Below, in pieces: positions 25,903 through 37,370 of a stretch of 64,000 bases of DNA. The stretch's first letter is position 1. The number at the start of each line of letters is the position of its first letter. Below the pieces are notes generated by a model. That model ran no database searches and had not been told where the DNA came from. It worked only from the letters and a program-made list of their open reading frames with translations. A program made the position numbers and the translations under genes. This DNA comes from Mytilus californianus (Eukaryota), in assembly GCF_021869535.1 (NCBI RefSeq), contig NW_026262745.1, positions 23,002,001 to 23,066,000 of the forward strand, written 5' to 3'.

Positions 25903-26165
25903 CAACTTTAATCTTGGAATTTCCAACTTTAATCTTGGAGTTATCAACTTTAATCTTGGAATTATCAACATTAAAGTTGGAATTTCCAACTTAATGTTGA
26001 TAATTCCAAGATTAAAGTTGATAATTTCCAACTTTACTGTTGATAATTCCAAGATTAAAGTTGATAATTCCAAGATTAAAGTTGGAAATTCCAAGATTAA
26101 AGTTGATAATTCCAAGATTAAAGTTGATAATTCCAAGATTAAAGCTGGAAATTCCAAGATTAAAG
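25903..26165. repeat. 21-bp minisatellite in the right arm, switching orientation at ~25985
   Basis: About 4 units read ttaatcttggaa.., then about 8 units read ttccaagattaaagttgataa. Confidence 0.85.
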
Positions 26166-27188
26166 TCGACAATTTGAAAAAAATAAATAAAAAAGAATGG
26201 CCCTAATACGCTTCCGTAGGTTTTAAAAACGTAAAATTTATATATTTCCAAAATTATCTACAGATTGATATTTAAAATTCATTGATTCTGTAAGAGAAAT
26301 TTTAAATTTGGACATTATTAAAGGAGAATTCTAAAAAGTACTAAAACAAGAGTCAACCAATCGTATATTCTAAAATGCGTTCTTAACTCTGTCACTTAAA
26401 ATAACCAAATAGAGATATGTTTATATTTTAATGAACAGAGAGCTGGTAAGTTTAAAAAAATGTGATTTTAAGATTTTTAAAAATGCATTTTTACTGGATT
26501 ATCTCTCTTTGTACCATAGAAATTCAATATTTATGGCATCATAAATTGTAATTGAACTATGGTCATCGTTACTTTGACTTATTTTGTTAAATGTTATAGT
26601 GCTTTTGAAAAAGAAACACTTACATTTCCAAAATTATCTACAGAATACCTTTCTTAAATTCATTGATTTATTGAGAGAAAATGTAAATTTAGGCATTTTT
26701 AGAGGAGAATTTTAGAATGTACTACAATGAGACCCCAGCAAGTTTACTAGCTAAAATGCATAATTAAGTATTCCAATTGATAAAACATAGGAAGTTATCT
26801 ATATATTTTTAATGGACCAAAGGCTAGATAATTTTAAAAATACGTACTTTTTATGATTTTCTGAAAATATTTTTTTTACTTTTTTACTTGATTATCTCCC
26901 TTGGAATAATCCACAAACTGTTTCTCGTAAATTCAAGTACTGATGAGTTAATAAAGCTTTAACACTTTATTATTCAATTAATCATCGTACTTTATCTCGT
27001 TGTTTTCTGCATTCATAAGTTTCAGGGTGTTGAAATTGGTCATTTTCATAGAAAAATACTGCCTCCAACATGGGGAAACTGGTTACCGGTACATTACAGC
27101 ATCTCCTAACTGAAAGGCATGGGAACCAGCTGAAATATTTGTTTTATGGGCTTCTTTCATAATGTTGTTTAAGCACACAAAGTTTCAA

Positions 27189-30100
27189 TTAAATCTGATG
27201 ACCCCCCTTGTGGACTGTTTTGCATGGTTTTATGGTAGACTGGGTGTTAAAGGACAATGAATGAGGAACACCAAATCTTACAATGACTTCTTCAACTATA
27301 ATCTTAGCCACAGTTTTAGCTTCTATATTAGGCATGACAAAAGATTCCGTCCACTTTGTATAGTAGTCAGAAACTACCAATATATATTTGTTACCACCCT
27401 CTGTTTCGGGCAACTCACCAAGGATATCTGTGGCTATCCTTTCCATTGGCCCATTAGCTTCTACTAAAGCCATTGGAGCTTTTTTGGACTTTTGTGGACT
27501 TTTTTGTCATTTGTCACGTCCATTGATATAAGTTCTGACGTCATTTTGTAACCCAGGTCAATAATAAGATTGTCTAATTTTTGCCAAAGTTTTATGAATA
27601 CCCAAGTGAGCAGAACATTTATCATCATGGGAAAATTGTAAAACCTTTTTGCGTTCTGATAAAGGAACAATAGCCTGCATTAAACAATTTTGGTTGCAGG
27701 GTCTTCGAACCGTCTGATGATAAGTCCGTCTCTTAACTCTAAGTTGTTCCATTGATTCCAAAGTGATCTTATAAAAAATCCCTTATGAGAAATATCTTTG
27801 TAATCAGGACGTTCATCTATTTCTACCCATTCTGTCACTATTTTCAGGTCATGATCATTTTTCTGAATTTCTTTTAAAGACAGATCATGATGTTCATTGT
27901 CATCATCTTTGTCATTACTATCACCAAAACGGGTGATAGCATTAACAGTATCATGTTGGTCTTCAGTCTCAGTCGAAACAGTCTCTTTTTCTAAACCGGA
28001 ATGATAACCGCATTGTTTGCAGGGAATGCGACTAAGTGCGTCTGCATTCCTATGTTGAGTTCCTGTTTTCTATGTTGAATTTGCATTTCAAATGAACCAA
28101 GTGTTTCTATCCATCTAGCTATCTGTCCTTCTGGGTTCTTAAAATTAAGCAACCACTTTAATGAACCGTGATCAGTTCTTACTGTGCAATTTCTGCCGTA
28201 TAGGTATGGTTTGAAATGTTTAACAAAACAAACCACAGCAAGCAACTCCTTGCGTGTCACACAGTACTTTCGTTCTGATTTTGAAAGAGTACGACTAGCG
28301 TAAGCAACAACATGTTCTAGCCCTTCATCAGATTTCTGAGTCAGGACAGCTCCGACTGCCAAATTGCTTACATCAGTATCCAAAATAAATTCTTTGTTGA
28401 AATCTGAATATCTAAGAACTGGTGCGTTAATTAATTTACCTTTCAATTGATCAAAAGATTCTTGACATTCTGAAGTCCAAACAAACTTAATTTCTTTCTC
28501 TGTAATTTTGTGTAATGGTTTAGCAATGTGGGCAAAGTTTTTAATAAATTTTCTATAGTACCCACAAAGACCCAAAAAGGAACGAACTTCAGTTATATTT
28601 GTAGGGGTGGGCCACTCTTTAACTACCTTAATCTTGTCAGGGTCAGTGGAAATTCCTTCCTCAGAGACAATATGTCCTAAGAAACGAACCTTGGTGGTAC
28701 ACAAGGTGCACTTCTTTGCCTTCAGCTTTAACCCAGCCGATTTAAGCATAGTAAAAACTTCTCTTAGATTATCAAGCATACCATCTAGTGTTTTTCCAAA
28801 AACGATTATATCGTCAATGTAAACCAGACATGTCTCCCACTGTAAACCAGCGAGTATGGTTTCCATCAATCGCTCAAATGTCTGTGTAGCGCAACACAAC
28901 CCAAACGGCATGACCCGAAATTGAAATAAACCCCTTCTCGTTGCAAAGGCTGTTTTGTGTTTGTTATTGTCGGCCAGCTCCACCTACCAATATCCTGAAC
29001 AACAGTCCAGAGTACTATACCATTTATTTCCCGCTAAATGGTCTAACGAATCGTCAATCCTCGGTAAAGGATACGCGTCTTTATTAAGGGTCACACTGTT
29101 TAAGCGTCTATAATCTACGCAAAAGCGATAACTGTCGTCCTTTTTCTTTACTAAAACTATTCCTGGCGCCCAGGGACTGTGGGAGGGTTCAATAATCCCT
29201 TTTTGTAACATTTTGTCAAGGTTGTCATTTACTACCTTGTTCAAATGATAAGGTGTTCTACGAGGTGGTTCTTTAAATGGCCTTGCGTTTCCCGTATTAA
29301 TTTCATGTTTTAAAAGATTGGTCCTTCCCAAGTCAACATCAGAAGAAGCAAACAAGTTCTGATTTTCTATCAACAAAGATTTAACTTTTTGTTTGTCTCT
29401 CGAAGTCAATTCGTCTGATGTCCTGTCTAAAAGATCTTGTAGATCTGATCTAAGTCCGTCATGTTTTTGTTCATTTAAAGAAATATTTTCGTCTAGTACT
29501 TGATCAACGTCAGACATTTGGGCTATAGTAGTACCAGGATAGATTGTCTTAGGATCTAGATCTGTGTTCATTAATCTAACAGGGACTTTTTCGCCTGACC
29601 TTACCAACGTTCTAGCAGTCAAAATGTAGTCTTTTCCTGCATGATCATTTGCTTCTAACAAAGCATTGTCAGCAGGTAATTTTTGACCTTCTGCTAAGCA
29701 AACCGTTCCATTAATTAATTTCTGACCTTGGCGGTATGACAACCGCTTCTGAAGCAACCACTCGGTAACAGCCTATTGATCCCTGAAAACACAAATCTAC
29801 CTTAAAATCACCAATACAAAAGAGCCCATTTTTAACATCAATTAAACAATTGTGTCGTTTCATGAAGTCCAAACCAAGTATACCATGAACTTGCAGATCA
29901 GCCACAACAGCTTCAGATTGCAACATGTTTGGACCGAAATGCAGATTGAAACTGCCTTTTCCACGAAGCTCTAACTTATTGCCACACACTGACCTAACAG
30001 TTGTCTTAACTTCGTTTAGATAGGATTTATCTAATGGAGTCAACTTATCGTATAACTTAGAAGATACTAATGTCAAAGTTGCTCCTGTATCAACCACAAA

Positions 30101-30211
30101 CTTAGCTTCAATGTGTCCTATAATTAGTTTAACATACATACCAGCATCTTCCGATGCTGTTGTAACCGCACCTTCATTTGTCTTACGGTTATCTTGTTTC
30201 CCAGTTTTCAT
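27189..30211 (-). pseudogene. Gypsy pol (protease, RT, RNase H, integrase), disrupted
   Basis: PR FVVDTGAT. RT YRFCVDYRRLN, YPLPRIDD, GYW*VEL (TAG replacing Gln at ~28982), FRVMPFGL and YIDD. RNaseH DVSNLAVGAVL, ELLAVV and TDHGSL. IN HDD..AHLG and PMERIATDILGELP..DYYTKW. Confidence 0.9.
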
Positions 30212-30269
30212 TAATGTTTTAACAGCCCCATCCCCCTTATTTCCATTATAATTGTTCTGATTTCTTCGG

Positions 30270-31298
30270 GGTAGGCGACAGTCCCTTGCTAAATGACCAA
30301 ATTTGCCGCAATTGTAACAATTCTTATTTGTCCTCTTACTTTGAGTATATCTTGTCTTATTATAAGAAGACCCCTCGTTTGTACCAATAGTTTTTAATTT
30401 TGCCTTTCAGTCGTAAGAGTACTAAGACTTTTCTCCATTGTTTGCATCCATGATGCAATGTCTTTGTTTGGCGAGTCACTATTTGAAATCTTTTCTTCCT
30501 TATCTGACTCGTCATAGTTCATAGTTTGCCGTAAATAACCTCGTCCCTCTATTACTTTATTTTCGGCTTTATTGTACGCCCCTAATTCAACGGCAAGTCT
30601 AACTGCATCGTTTAAACCTTTCGGTCGCGATTGTTTTATTCTAAGCCGCATTTTCGAATCAACGAGCGCGTCAATAAACTGCTCTTTCCCGAGAGTTTTT
30701 CGTACGTCCAACGGGGCAGTAGGATATGCCAAGTTGGACAATCTCCGAATTGACTGGCCTAATTCGGGAAGTGATTCGCTAGCTTTTTGAAGTCTTTCTT
30801 TAAATTGAACTCTGTATAACTCAGTTTGACTAGAAGGCGCGAATCGCTCTTCAAGTGCACTGACTAAATCAGAAAACCGTTTTGTCTTTTCTCATTTGGT
30901 AAATCTCCAAGTACAGCCTGTGCTTGTCCCATTAACGATACCGCCAAGTATCACCCTTTTCGATTTTCAGACCAATTATTTACAAGTGCACACATTTCAA
31001 AATGGGACAAATAGTCTATCCATGGTGTGCTACCGTCATATATTTTACACGGTTTTATTTTTACACCAGAATTATCTGTGTTATCAGTATGTCGGTACAT
31101 TGATTTGTCGATTTTGTCTTTTTCCCTAACATAACTATTATCTATAGGTAAAGGCAAAGTATCCCCTTCCTCTAAATCAATGTGGAAAAATTTAACAGTT
31201 TTGTGCGTATTCGGGTTGGTGAATGTTGGTAAATCACCTTTTTTTATTATCTCCTTTTCTTGACAATGAGGACCCTCTTGATCCCTTACCCGAACCAT
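30270..31298 (-). pseudogene. Gypsy gag, disrupted, with CCHC zinc knuckle
   Basis: YDGSTPWIDYLSHFEMCALVNNW and LAYP..GKEQFIDAL motifs. CYNCGKFGHLARDC is read on the minus strand at ~30280-30322. Confidence 0.8.
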
Positions 31299-31782
31299 TT
31301 CTTGTTACAAAAACATCTATTGGACGAACACCTTGATCTTTTGGTGTTTACGAAACAAAACTATTTCTATACATTGTTCCTTCTTCCATATCTTGTCACG
31401 ATTTGTTTTGTGTACTCGTCGATTGCCAATTTGTATCATCAAAATACATGTTTGTACTTTAATTTGCGATTTAACCATGCATACACCATATACTTTTAAT
31501 TTCAACACTATGTCATAAATGTACAATGTAATAAATGTCAATCAATGTATTGCCTGTACCACTATCGATCGTTAATCCCTAATGTAAATAATATACGCAA
31601 CTAAACTGTGGGAAATTTGAAACGTGAACAGGACATTTTTGATATACAATTTACAATTACGATCTGTGCAAAAGTGAACAGTTTGAACATATAAATTCTC
31701 ACAAGACAGTTTGGATATAAGTTTATGAGATGATCAATTTGGATATTAACTTTCACAATGGATTTAAAAAGGAACAATTTGG

Positions 31783-31800
31783 ATCCCACCGCTGCCACCG
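31783..31800 (-). promoter_or_regulatory. Primer binding site complementary to the tRNA-Leu 3' end
   Basis: The plus strand reads ATCCCACCGCTGCCACCG against the tRNA-Leu 3' end ATCCCACCGCTGCCACCA as I recall it (17/18). It lies 3 nt from the LTR end. Confidence 0.8.
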
Positions 31801-31803
31801 AAT

Positions 31804-32477
31804 TGTGTACGTGTACACAGGGTAAGCGTGTCTATTTCTATTTAAGAATGAGTTCGTTACCAGTTTGATACTGGATCCAAAATGTTCTATTTACAAAACA
31901 AATAACAAATAATCTTTATTCATATATTAACGTCAATGAACCAAAATATGTACAACTGCTCTTTGCGTTCTCTAATAAACTACATATAACTATTCTACTT
32001 TAAATATATACAACTGGTACCAATTTGTACTCTTACAAATTTGTCCTGGGTCAGGAACAAACTTGTCCTTCTGGTACAATTATGTACCCTACAAGTTTAC
32101 ACACTTGTCCTTGTCCTCTTGGTACTATTATGTACCTTACAAGTTGGTCTAACAGACTCACACTTTTCCTATACGATACAACAATACGGTTCAGTTTGTA
32201 AACGTACAAGTCCGTATTTTTAACAGGCACCAACCTGTTCTTTATTACACTTAGCAATAGTATCTATTATATCTAATATATACGAGACAGCGATCTCGAA
32301 TATCAACGTACCGTACCTTGGTCTTATGTCTCCGTAGACTTATGACACTACACCCTGAGCAAGGAATCTCTCCTGCTTATATACCCCAATGGTAACTGTA
32401 CCATTCTTGAAGGAGGGGTGTTCTACCAAAGTGCCTCCTTACTCGTATTACAGTTTCCTTTGGAACACCCCTTCACA
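31804..32477 (-). repeat. 5' LTR of the Gypsy element (674 bp)
   Basis: The minus strand starts TGTGAAGG and ends ..TACACA immediately before the PBS. It contains ~50-bp tandem units at ~32050-32150. The outer boundary is inferred from TG..CA only. Confidence 0.6.
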
Positions 32478-33494
32478 TTTGACCTGACCCAAGGTTTACC
32501 CGCAAAACATATGATTCTTTTCTATGTTTAATAAAGTATTATAAAAATGTATAAAATAAGGCTTCTGCCGAACTGTAACTAATGTAAACAATCTAACCTT
32601 AGATAGAAAATCATCACACATGTATTTCTTCCGTTGGGGTTCAACTTCAATAATTTCAAGATAACTTCAAATACCCCTAAAAAGTATATGTATTATGATC
32701 ATTATTGTTTAGTTATTTAGATATACAAGGAGAAGTGGAACATATAAATTATCATTTGTGCCTCAGATGGTACACAGTCAAACAAATCCTAAAGGCGTCC
32801 TAAAAACGTTCGAATGTTTCCATTTATGGGATCTTTGATTACATTGTCTTGCAAGCAGCATCGATGTATCGTGGAAACATAATCCCCAGAACATCGAATG
32901 AACTTCAAAGTGCAATTCGATGAAAGAAATGAATATCAGCAGAGCCTTGTCTTAGTTTGGTTCATTTTAACTTTTTGGCGGCCATTTTGAAATTTTCCGC
33001 AGTTTAAAAAAAAGTTTAAAAGTCTAATATACCGCCATGACTTACTAGAAACGTTGGATTACATTTTATATGCTTTTAAAAGAATTGATTTGAATATTAT
33101 TTGCTCTAATTTATACATCGTGGTGAAATGTTGACTGATTGAAAGCCATCTTGAAATGACCGCCATATTGGATGTTTCAGAGTGGTTCCATAGCTTAAAC
33201 ATGTTAAATTGACTACCATATATAGATCTACAATTGTGCAAATTTTCATGCTTTATCATCAAACCCACATTTCTTCTAAAATATGCACGAATCAGCTGGA
33301 CTAATATTTGGATACATGCAACTATACCATGTATTTCTAATATAATTGTATTTGATTATACACTTAAAGTTCAACGATGACACGCTGGGGGGAGGGGTAA
33401 ACAATCCTTGTTTTGGTTGCACTCCCAATAAATAGATTCGTTCATTTCGAAATTCTATCTATCTCATACGCAGATTTGTCACAGGTATCATGTG

Positions 33495-33654
33495 TTGTAC
33501 GACTTTGCCCCAGCAGAGCTATAGAAAAACAGTACATTAACGGGTGTTACACGGACACTTTATAGATGATACACGGACACTTTTTAGTTGTTACACGGAC
33601 ACTTTTTATGAATAGAATCACTCGTGCATGATCAGTGAGTTCATGGGCACTTTA
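33495..33654 (-). repeat. Right member of the inverted-repeat pair with 16872-16980
   Basis: Same unit in reverse orientation, with (t/a)acacggacact expanded to three copies. Confidence 0.8.
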
Positions 33655-33789
33655 AATTTCTATTAGATTTGAACTTTTTGTTTCACCGACATATTTCCTG
33701 TCTGTTTAAAATATTTACGTTGGCATCAAATAACTGTATTTTTTTCAAACAATTCCAGTATATTACTATTCATATCAGTACACTACGGA

Positions 33790-34040
33790 ATTGACCATTT
33801 AACTTCAAAAGGGGGGTTATGGTTTTTTCCACAAAAAAAATATTCTGATCCCCAATTTTATGAGAAAAAATATAGTGTGGTCAAGCAGATGACAAAATAA
33901 TGTTCTGATTCCTGATTTTCCGAGTACAGTATATTAAAATGCTAATTTCGAAAAAAATATTTGGTGATAGCGTTGAAAAGGTAATTAATTTTCTTACTCA
34001 GAAAAAAAAACATACCCCTTTTGAAGCTGAATGGTCGGAC
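33790..34040. mobile_element. Small MITE-like element
   Basis: Inverted ends gaccatttaacttcaaaagggg / ccccttttgaagctgaatggtc. Confidence 0.5.
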
Positions 34041-34959
34041 CGTAAATGTATTTTTTCAATATATGGGCATGAATAGTATTCTGGACAATGCTGAAAGTAA
34101 AGAAATGCTGGTACCGACGTTTATATTTCAATATAAAAGACAGTAAATATATATACATAAAAAAATCAAATCTAATCAAAAGATAAAATCCCTATCAACT
34201 CACCAATGCACGATTGATCCTATAAATAATAAGTGTCCGTGTAATACACGTGCAAATAGGCAGCAAATCTTGAAGAAAATCTTTCAACTTATGTCACCAA
34301 TTTTGGACGGTAAGCTGCGATTGGATCATAATTGTGACACGTGTTTAATCCTGATCAATACTATTAGAGACCTACAAGCATGAAAATTAAAAAAAAAAAA
34401 ACCAAAATATATGCCTATATATATCTATTAACAAGCCAAAATCTATTTTTTCATAACATTTCATTCACTAATGAAATAAGAACTTCGTTCTTTTTATACA
34501 TTTATACTGTTATTGAAATCATATATATTGAATTCATATATTTGGGAGCAAACGGACGATTATTATTATTTTTTTAAGGGGGAATGGGGAATGGAATGGC
34601 ACATCTTGCATTTTTTCAACAAAAAAGGATCAAGTCTGTTATTTTAAATGTTTAACCCCCCCCCCCCCCCCCCCTTTCCGTTTTTCCCCAAATAAAAATC
34701 AAATGTTAGCTTGCTTACCTCTTAAATCTTTTTCCTACATTACTTACTTGCGAAGTTGCATTTAAAAAAGTCTCAAATGTGTACGACATTCATCTTTTAC
34801 TTGATATGGTTCTTTTTTATAAAATTATTAGATTTTTGAATTTCTTGAGAAAAAAAAACTCTCGGCGGAAGGAAAGTGAAAAAAAAAGTTTGTTTAAACT
34901 GTAACTTACATTAACTTGTATATGGTCATTTAAGTCTCTAATCTGTTTAATTTTGCTAC

Positions 34960-35215
34960 CTCTTCTAAATGCAAAATGTACTACTTCTTTCTTGAAACGT
35001 CGTACAAGTCAGATACAAAACAAAGGTAACAAAAAACAGGCCGTAAACAAACTGCCGTATAGTTTTTCTGCACTTGTAGTCAGGTCAAGGGCCTCGGCTA
35101 TCTCCTCGGTCCTTGACCTGACTACTCGTGCAGAAAAACTATCCGGCAACGCTTGTTACCGGCCTGTTTCTTTGTTACCTTTGTATTGTATCTAATACGT
35201 ATCTAATGAACATCT
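34960..35215. mobile_element. Palindromic hairpin MITE-like element, copy 2
   Basis: tttttctgcacttgtagtcaggtcaagg..ccttgacctgactactcgtgcagaaaaa. Reverse-orientation relative of 8040-8290, including the flanking aaacgtcgtacaagtcaga. Confidence 0.7.
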
Positions 35216-35439
35216 ATATATACACAGAAGATTTAAACATCTTATTTTAACTTTTAAACAGGTAAGATTACTTCCGTACATTTTGAACTCACTTTTAATA
35301 TTTGTCCTAAATAATGACATATTTACATTTCCCTGCGCTGTACAAACTGGTACATTGAAATGGGAATTTGTATAATAAAATGGCAAAAGTTAAATATATT
35401 TTATTACTTTAAATCGCCCATAGTAATGACTATACCTAT

Positions 35440-36125
35440 AATTTGGCATTGCACAAGGTCATGTTTTTCTTTGACTGTTGATGACGTCTTTACATCCATT
35501 GGATGTTGGATGTGTACTGATTGATATTTTTGTCTTAGATACATGAATTTTTTTATTAGTTGTTATGGGCTTTGAACTAGCTGTCAGTAACTGCGAGTAC
35601 TCTCAGATCTGTACTTAGTGTCCTTTTTGTTGTTAGGGATGACGGATGGATAAATACCCTGCCACGTCCAGTTTGTGTTTATGTTTGATAATTTTCTGCT
35701 TTGTACCGATCTGATGAGTTAAGCCTTTTTCAACTGATTTTTATGGTTTGTTCTTATGTTGTGCTGTTACATCACTGTCCTAGGTTAGGGGAGGGTTGAG
35801 CGCTCACAAACATATTTAACCCCGCCACATTCTTTATGTGCATGTCCCAAGTCAGGAGCCTGTAGTTCAGTGGTTGTCGTTGGTTGACGTCTGTCATATT
35901 TGTTTTTCGTAAATTGTTTTGTTATTAAATAGGCTGTTAGTTTTCTCAATTGAATCGTTTCATATTTTTCATGTCGGGGCCTTTTATAGCAGACTATACG
36001 ATATGGGTTTTTCTCATTGTTGAAGGCCGTACGGTTACCTATAATTGCTTACATCCACTTCATTTAAACTTTGGTGGATAATTGTCTCATTTGCAATCAT
36101 ACCACATCATCTTATTTTTATATTG
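35440..36125 (-). repeat. Long copy of interspersed repeat family A
   Basis: Collinear with 4235-4915. Confidence 0.8.
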
Positions 36126-36409
36126 CATGCCATTATTGGAACAGTTTCATTCTCGACAACTTTCAGGAATCACATATATATGTTTTTATCTGATATGAAT
36201 ATTGCATATATTTGCTAAATATTCTAAAATCGAATGTTTCCTTATAAAAAACTAACATATAAAATTGCTTGTGACTGAAAATGTAAGCTACATGTATACA
36301 CTAAAAGATAATTAATTGTAGATATTTCACCAGTGATCGTACGATAAACGGTGTTCATATGTTCTTTACAAATTAGCATGGATTATTAATTGTGAAATTA
36401 GTCGTTGAA

Positions 36410-37370
36410 CACGGATCGTTACGTTTGCGCGACAAAACGCATTACGTTTGCGCGAAATTTACCTGTTGAAAGGTTACTACATTTTCGCGGATTTATACAA
36501 AAACATATGAAAAATAAGTCCATAACTTTTATAACAAAAAACTTAATATTGTTAAAATATTAAACTGAACAGTTTTGCAGACGATATAATGTCAAATGCT
36601 CAGGACTATGCATGAAATTTGCAACAAATTTGCAACAAATTTGCCGACTACTTAGAAGAAAATTACGTTACCAGCGAGTCAAAATGTCCACCAGCAATGT
36701 GGATAGCTGTGCCCAATGAAGAAACAAAACGTACCAACAATGGCCAGAGTCTTTTCATAGCCATTACAATAAACAGTTTTATTCAACTCATCCAGCCATC
36801 TACACTTTCCGTTGAGATGTTTCTACAAGTTTAGGCGACTACTTAATTAAAATTCGCGTCAGCGATAACCAAGCTCTTGTAAAACGCACAGACTAAGAGA
36901 AAATTCAGTTTACCGTTCAACAATTTCTGAAATTTCAAACTGGTGAAATTTCCCGTCAATGCTATCTCAAATCGCTAGAATACAAGTACCAGGCAAGGAC
37001 TGATCTATAGAAGATTCCCGTATAGATATCATCCGCATGTATACTGCGTTATATTCATGACTATATACTTTGAATGTTCTTTTCCATGATATTTGTATTT
37101 TATTCAAAACTTTTTTTTTACATACATGTAGTGCTTTTTAATGTTTATATAAACAAATAAAGACTTGTCTTATATATGTATGAAGTAACAAGATATGGTA
37201 TGATCGGCAATTTATGTTCAAAACAATAACCGAATTACAGGTAAAAAAAACCTCTGGTAAACTACAGGTAAATTCGCACAAACGTAATACCATTTTTCCG
37301 CGCAAATGTAATGCGTGTCATTTTAAAATCCGCGCAAGTGTAGGTCGCCCGTTGAACAACCTCGGATCAT
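36410..37370 (+). mobile_element. MULE-derived relic with subterminal inverted repeats
   Basis: The internal fragment CNKFADYLEENYV..PPAMW..KRTNNG, followed after a frameshift by ESFHSHYNKQFYSTHP, is the MULE RTNN.ESFH..HP motif. The ends share the inverted block attacgtttgcgcgaaatttacctgt / acaggtaaattcgcacaaacgtaat. Confidence 0.65.

Larger units (their letters stand above)
24180..26218. mobile_element. Non-autonomous foldback-like DNA transposon with TAC..GTA termini and 6-bp TSD (IS3EU-type signature)
   Basis: Left end tacggacgcgtattacggccat and right end atggccctaatacgcttccgta. GGTTTT is duplicated at 24174-24179 and 26219-26224. Long imperfect TIRs are built from 21-bp repeat arrays. 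No transposase ORF seen. TAY..RTA with a 6-bp TSD is the signature I recall for IS3EU. Confidence 0.7.
23580..27050. repeat. Degenerate ~400-bp tandem repeat array, interrupted by the 24180-26218 insertion
   Basis: aaaatgcattttt(t)actg.attatctc.ctttgtac.atagaaa.tcaatatttatggc recurs at ~24050 and ~26480, with a weaker copy at ~26870. tttccaaaattatctacaga recurs at ~26246 and ~26625. Confidence 0.55.
27050..32477 (-). mobile_element. Decayed Ty3/Gypsy LTR retrotransposon, 5' LTR retained, 3' end lost
   Basis: Domain order is gag, PR, RT, RNaseH, IN. Numerous frameshifts and stops. The integrase core is truncated at ~27190, and no second LTR is present in the window. Confidence 0.9.

Noticed and set aside
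24235-26165. CRISPR-like appearance of the regular 21-bp repeats
   Set aside because: The units are head-to-tail with no unique spacers, the context is eukaryotic, and there are no cas genes.
24172-26251. ORFs with LILELST / KIKVDNS / NLGIINF repeats
   Set aside because: They are translations of the 21-bp (7-codon) minisatellite, open on both strands by construction, with no splice or start context.
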